Both the position numbers and the translations under genes were made by a program. Of a stretch of DNA of 64,000 bases, positions 62,528 to 64,000 are shown piece after piece (position 1 is the first letter of the stretch; every line of letters starts with the position of its first letter). The DNA lies in the IMG/VR virus record IMGVR_UViG_3300037478_000223, positions 9,147-73,146 of that record, one strand, 5' to 3'. Source of the DNA: a virus. Its lineage: Duplodnaviria > Caudoviricetes. Below the pieces are notes generated by a model. The model saw only the letters and a list, made by a program, of their open reading frames with translations, searched no databases and was not told where the DNA came from.

Positions 62528-63989
62528 CGGCCTGAGCCCCGCCCAGATCAAAGCGATCTACGCGCGCCGCCAGGACCACGAGCTACCCGCGTTCCTGGAG
62601 CTTCTACGCTCCCGGCGCAAGAGCTGCCGCCCAATCCCCCTCAGCACGCTTGCCCGCGCCGTGGTGGGCCCGACGTACATCCCACGCCCCCACACCGACT
62701 ACCTGATTCGCAAGCTGGAAGAAGCCGTCTCCCGGGCCGACGACGGCCAGGACACCAACCTCATCGTGTCCATGCCACCCGGGATGGGCAAGTCCATGAC
62801 CACCTCGGTCGTCTTCCCCCTGTGGCTGGCCCTGCACCGCCCAGAGTGGGAAATCGGCATCGTGTCCGCCGAAGCCAGCTTGGCGGAGAAGTTCTCCGGC
62901 GACGTGCGCCGCCTCTACGACGAACGCAAACCCGGCACTGCCGAAGGTGGCGTGAAGGCATGGACGGTAGGCGGAAAGGGGGGCATCGTCGCGCGCGGCA
63001 TCTCCGGTGCACTGGTCGGGCGCCGCCTACGCGTCGCCGTGATCGACGACCCGATCCGGCACATGGAAGACGCCTATTCCGAGACCGTGCGGCGCCGCAT
63101 CTGGAACATGTGGCAAGGCGTCATCAAAACCCGCATGCGCCCCGGCAGCATCGTCCTGTCGATCGCCACCCGCTGGCACGACGACGACCTCAACGGCCGC
63201 CTCTTGAAAGAGGACGGGTGGGAACACGTCGTCTTCCCGGCGCTCGCGGAGCACGGCGACCAGCTTGGACGCAAGCCAGGTGAGCCGCTGTTGTCCGTGC
63301 AGAAACACGAGACGGGCGCCCAAGCTGTCGCCCGATACGAGAAGACCCGCCAAGAAGTCGGGTCCGTCGTGTTCAACGCCCAGTATCAGCAACGCCCAGG
63401 GGACCCCCAGGGGACCGTGTTCCTGATGAACTGGTTCCGGTATGTCCCATGGGACGAGATCCCGGAGCCGGATGAACTGATCACGTCGTGGGACCTGACT
63501 TTCGGCACAAAAGTCAGGAACTCCGGGGACTGGAACGTGGGCGCGGCGATGCAGCGCACCGGGAACCGTTACTTCGTGCTGGACATCGTCAGGTTCCGAG
63601 GTGGCTTCACCAAGCAGCTATCAGTGATGCGACCGTTCCTGCGCAAGTACCCGGATGCGATCAAGCACGTAGTGGAGCGCGCAGCGAACGGGCAAGCCGT
63701 GGTTGAAACGTTGCAGCGTACGTTCAACGGGGTAGTGGACCGCCCAGTAGGCCGCACCGGCAAGCCGGTTCGCGCGTCGGCCGTGTCGCCGCTGTTCGAG
63801 GCAGGGCAAGTGTCCTTCGTGTCCGGCGCGCCATGGTGTGACCAGGCTGCTACCGAGCTGTCAGCGTTCCCCACGGGAGCGCATGACGACGTGGTCGATG
63901 CGCTGTCGCAAGGGTTGTCGGAGTTGAAGAAGTCGGACGCGCCTCCGGTGGAGGTCCGGCGTCGTCGGGGCCGGAGCTTCCCGCGCTGA
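62505..63989 (+). CDS. terL: Terminase large subunit
   Basis: SMPPGMGKS Walker A, VAVIDDP Walker B, ITSWDLTF and HDDVVDALSQ nuclease motifs. Confidence 0.95.
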   Translation: MEAPNPLDGLSPAQIKAIYARRQDHELPAFLELLRSRRKSCRPIPLSTLARAVVGPTYIPRPHTDYLIRKLEEAVSRADDGQDTNLIVSMPPGMGKSMTTSVVFPLWLALHRPEWEIGIVSAEASLAEKFSGDVRRLYDERKPGTAEGGVKAWTVGGKGGIVARGISGALVGRRLRVAVIDDPIRHMEDAYSETVRRRIWNMWQGVIKTRMRPGSIVLSIATRWHDDDLNGRLLKEDGWEHVVFPALAEHGDQLGRKPGEPLLSVQKHETGAQAVARYEKTRQEVGSVVFNAQYQQRPGDPQGTVFLMNWFRYVPWDEIPEPDELITSWDLTFGTKVRNSGDWNVGAAMQRTGNRYFVLDIVRFRGGFTKQLSVMRPFLRKYPDAIKHVVERAANGQAVVETLQRTFNGVVDRPVGRTGKPVRASAVSPLFEAGQVSFVSGAPWCDQAATELSAFPTGAHDDVVDALSQGLSELKKSDAPPVEVRRRRGRSFPR

Positions 63990-64000
63990 CCGGGGCGGGG

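Overview
High-GC actinobacterial siphophage genome segment, probably most of a phage-plasmid. It contains a complete minus-strand head/tail operon (12.7-26.4 kb) with two capsid genes in the hexamer+pentamer arrangement of cluster-B-like actinophages. Terminase small/large subunits, a DUF1360-like membrane protein and a Stealth-like transferase lie far away on the plus strand (61-64 kb); the portal is not in the window. Other modules: a lambda-O-like initiator with internal iterons plus a G39P-like helicase loader, YqaJ exonuclease/ERF/RusA recombination genes, WhiB, an M15-type peptidoglycan hydrolase, and tRNA-Tyr(GTA). No integrase is recognisable. Three features stand out. (1) A Streptomyces-plasmid-type TraB (FtsK) conjugative DNA translocase with adjacent clt-like direct repeats and a distant Spd-like membrane/wHTH gene in a TGCA-saturated island. 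(2) A genome-wide regulon: 21 copies of NNAAC-N6-GTTGC overlap the -35 of TTGCNN-17/18-TANNNT promoters, and two perfect copies sit directly upstream of a 90-aa HTH gene heading the traB operon. (3) Near-identical promoter+leader+ORF+terminator cassettes at 50-58.5 kb. All family calls come from motif recognition by eye, not database searches.
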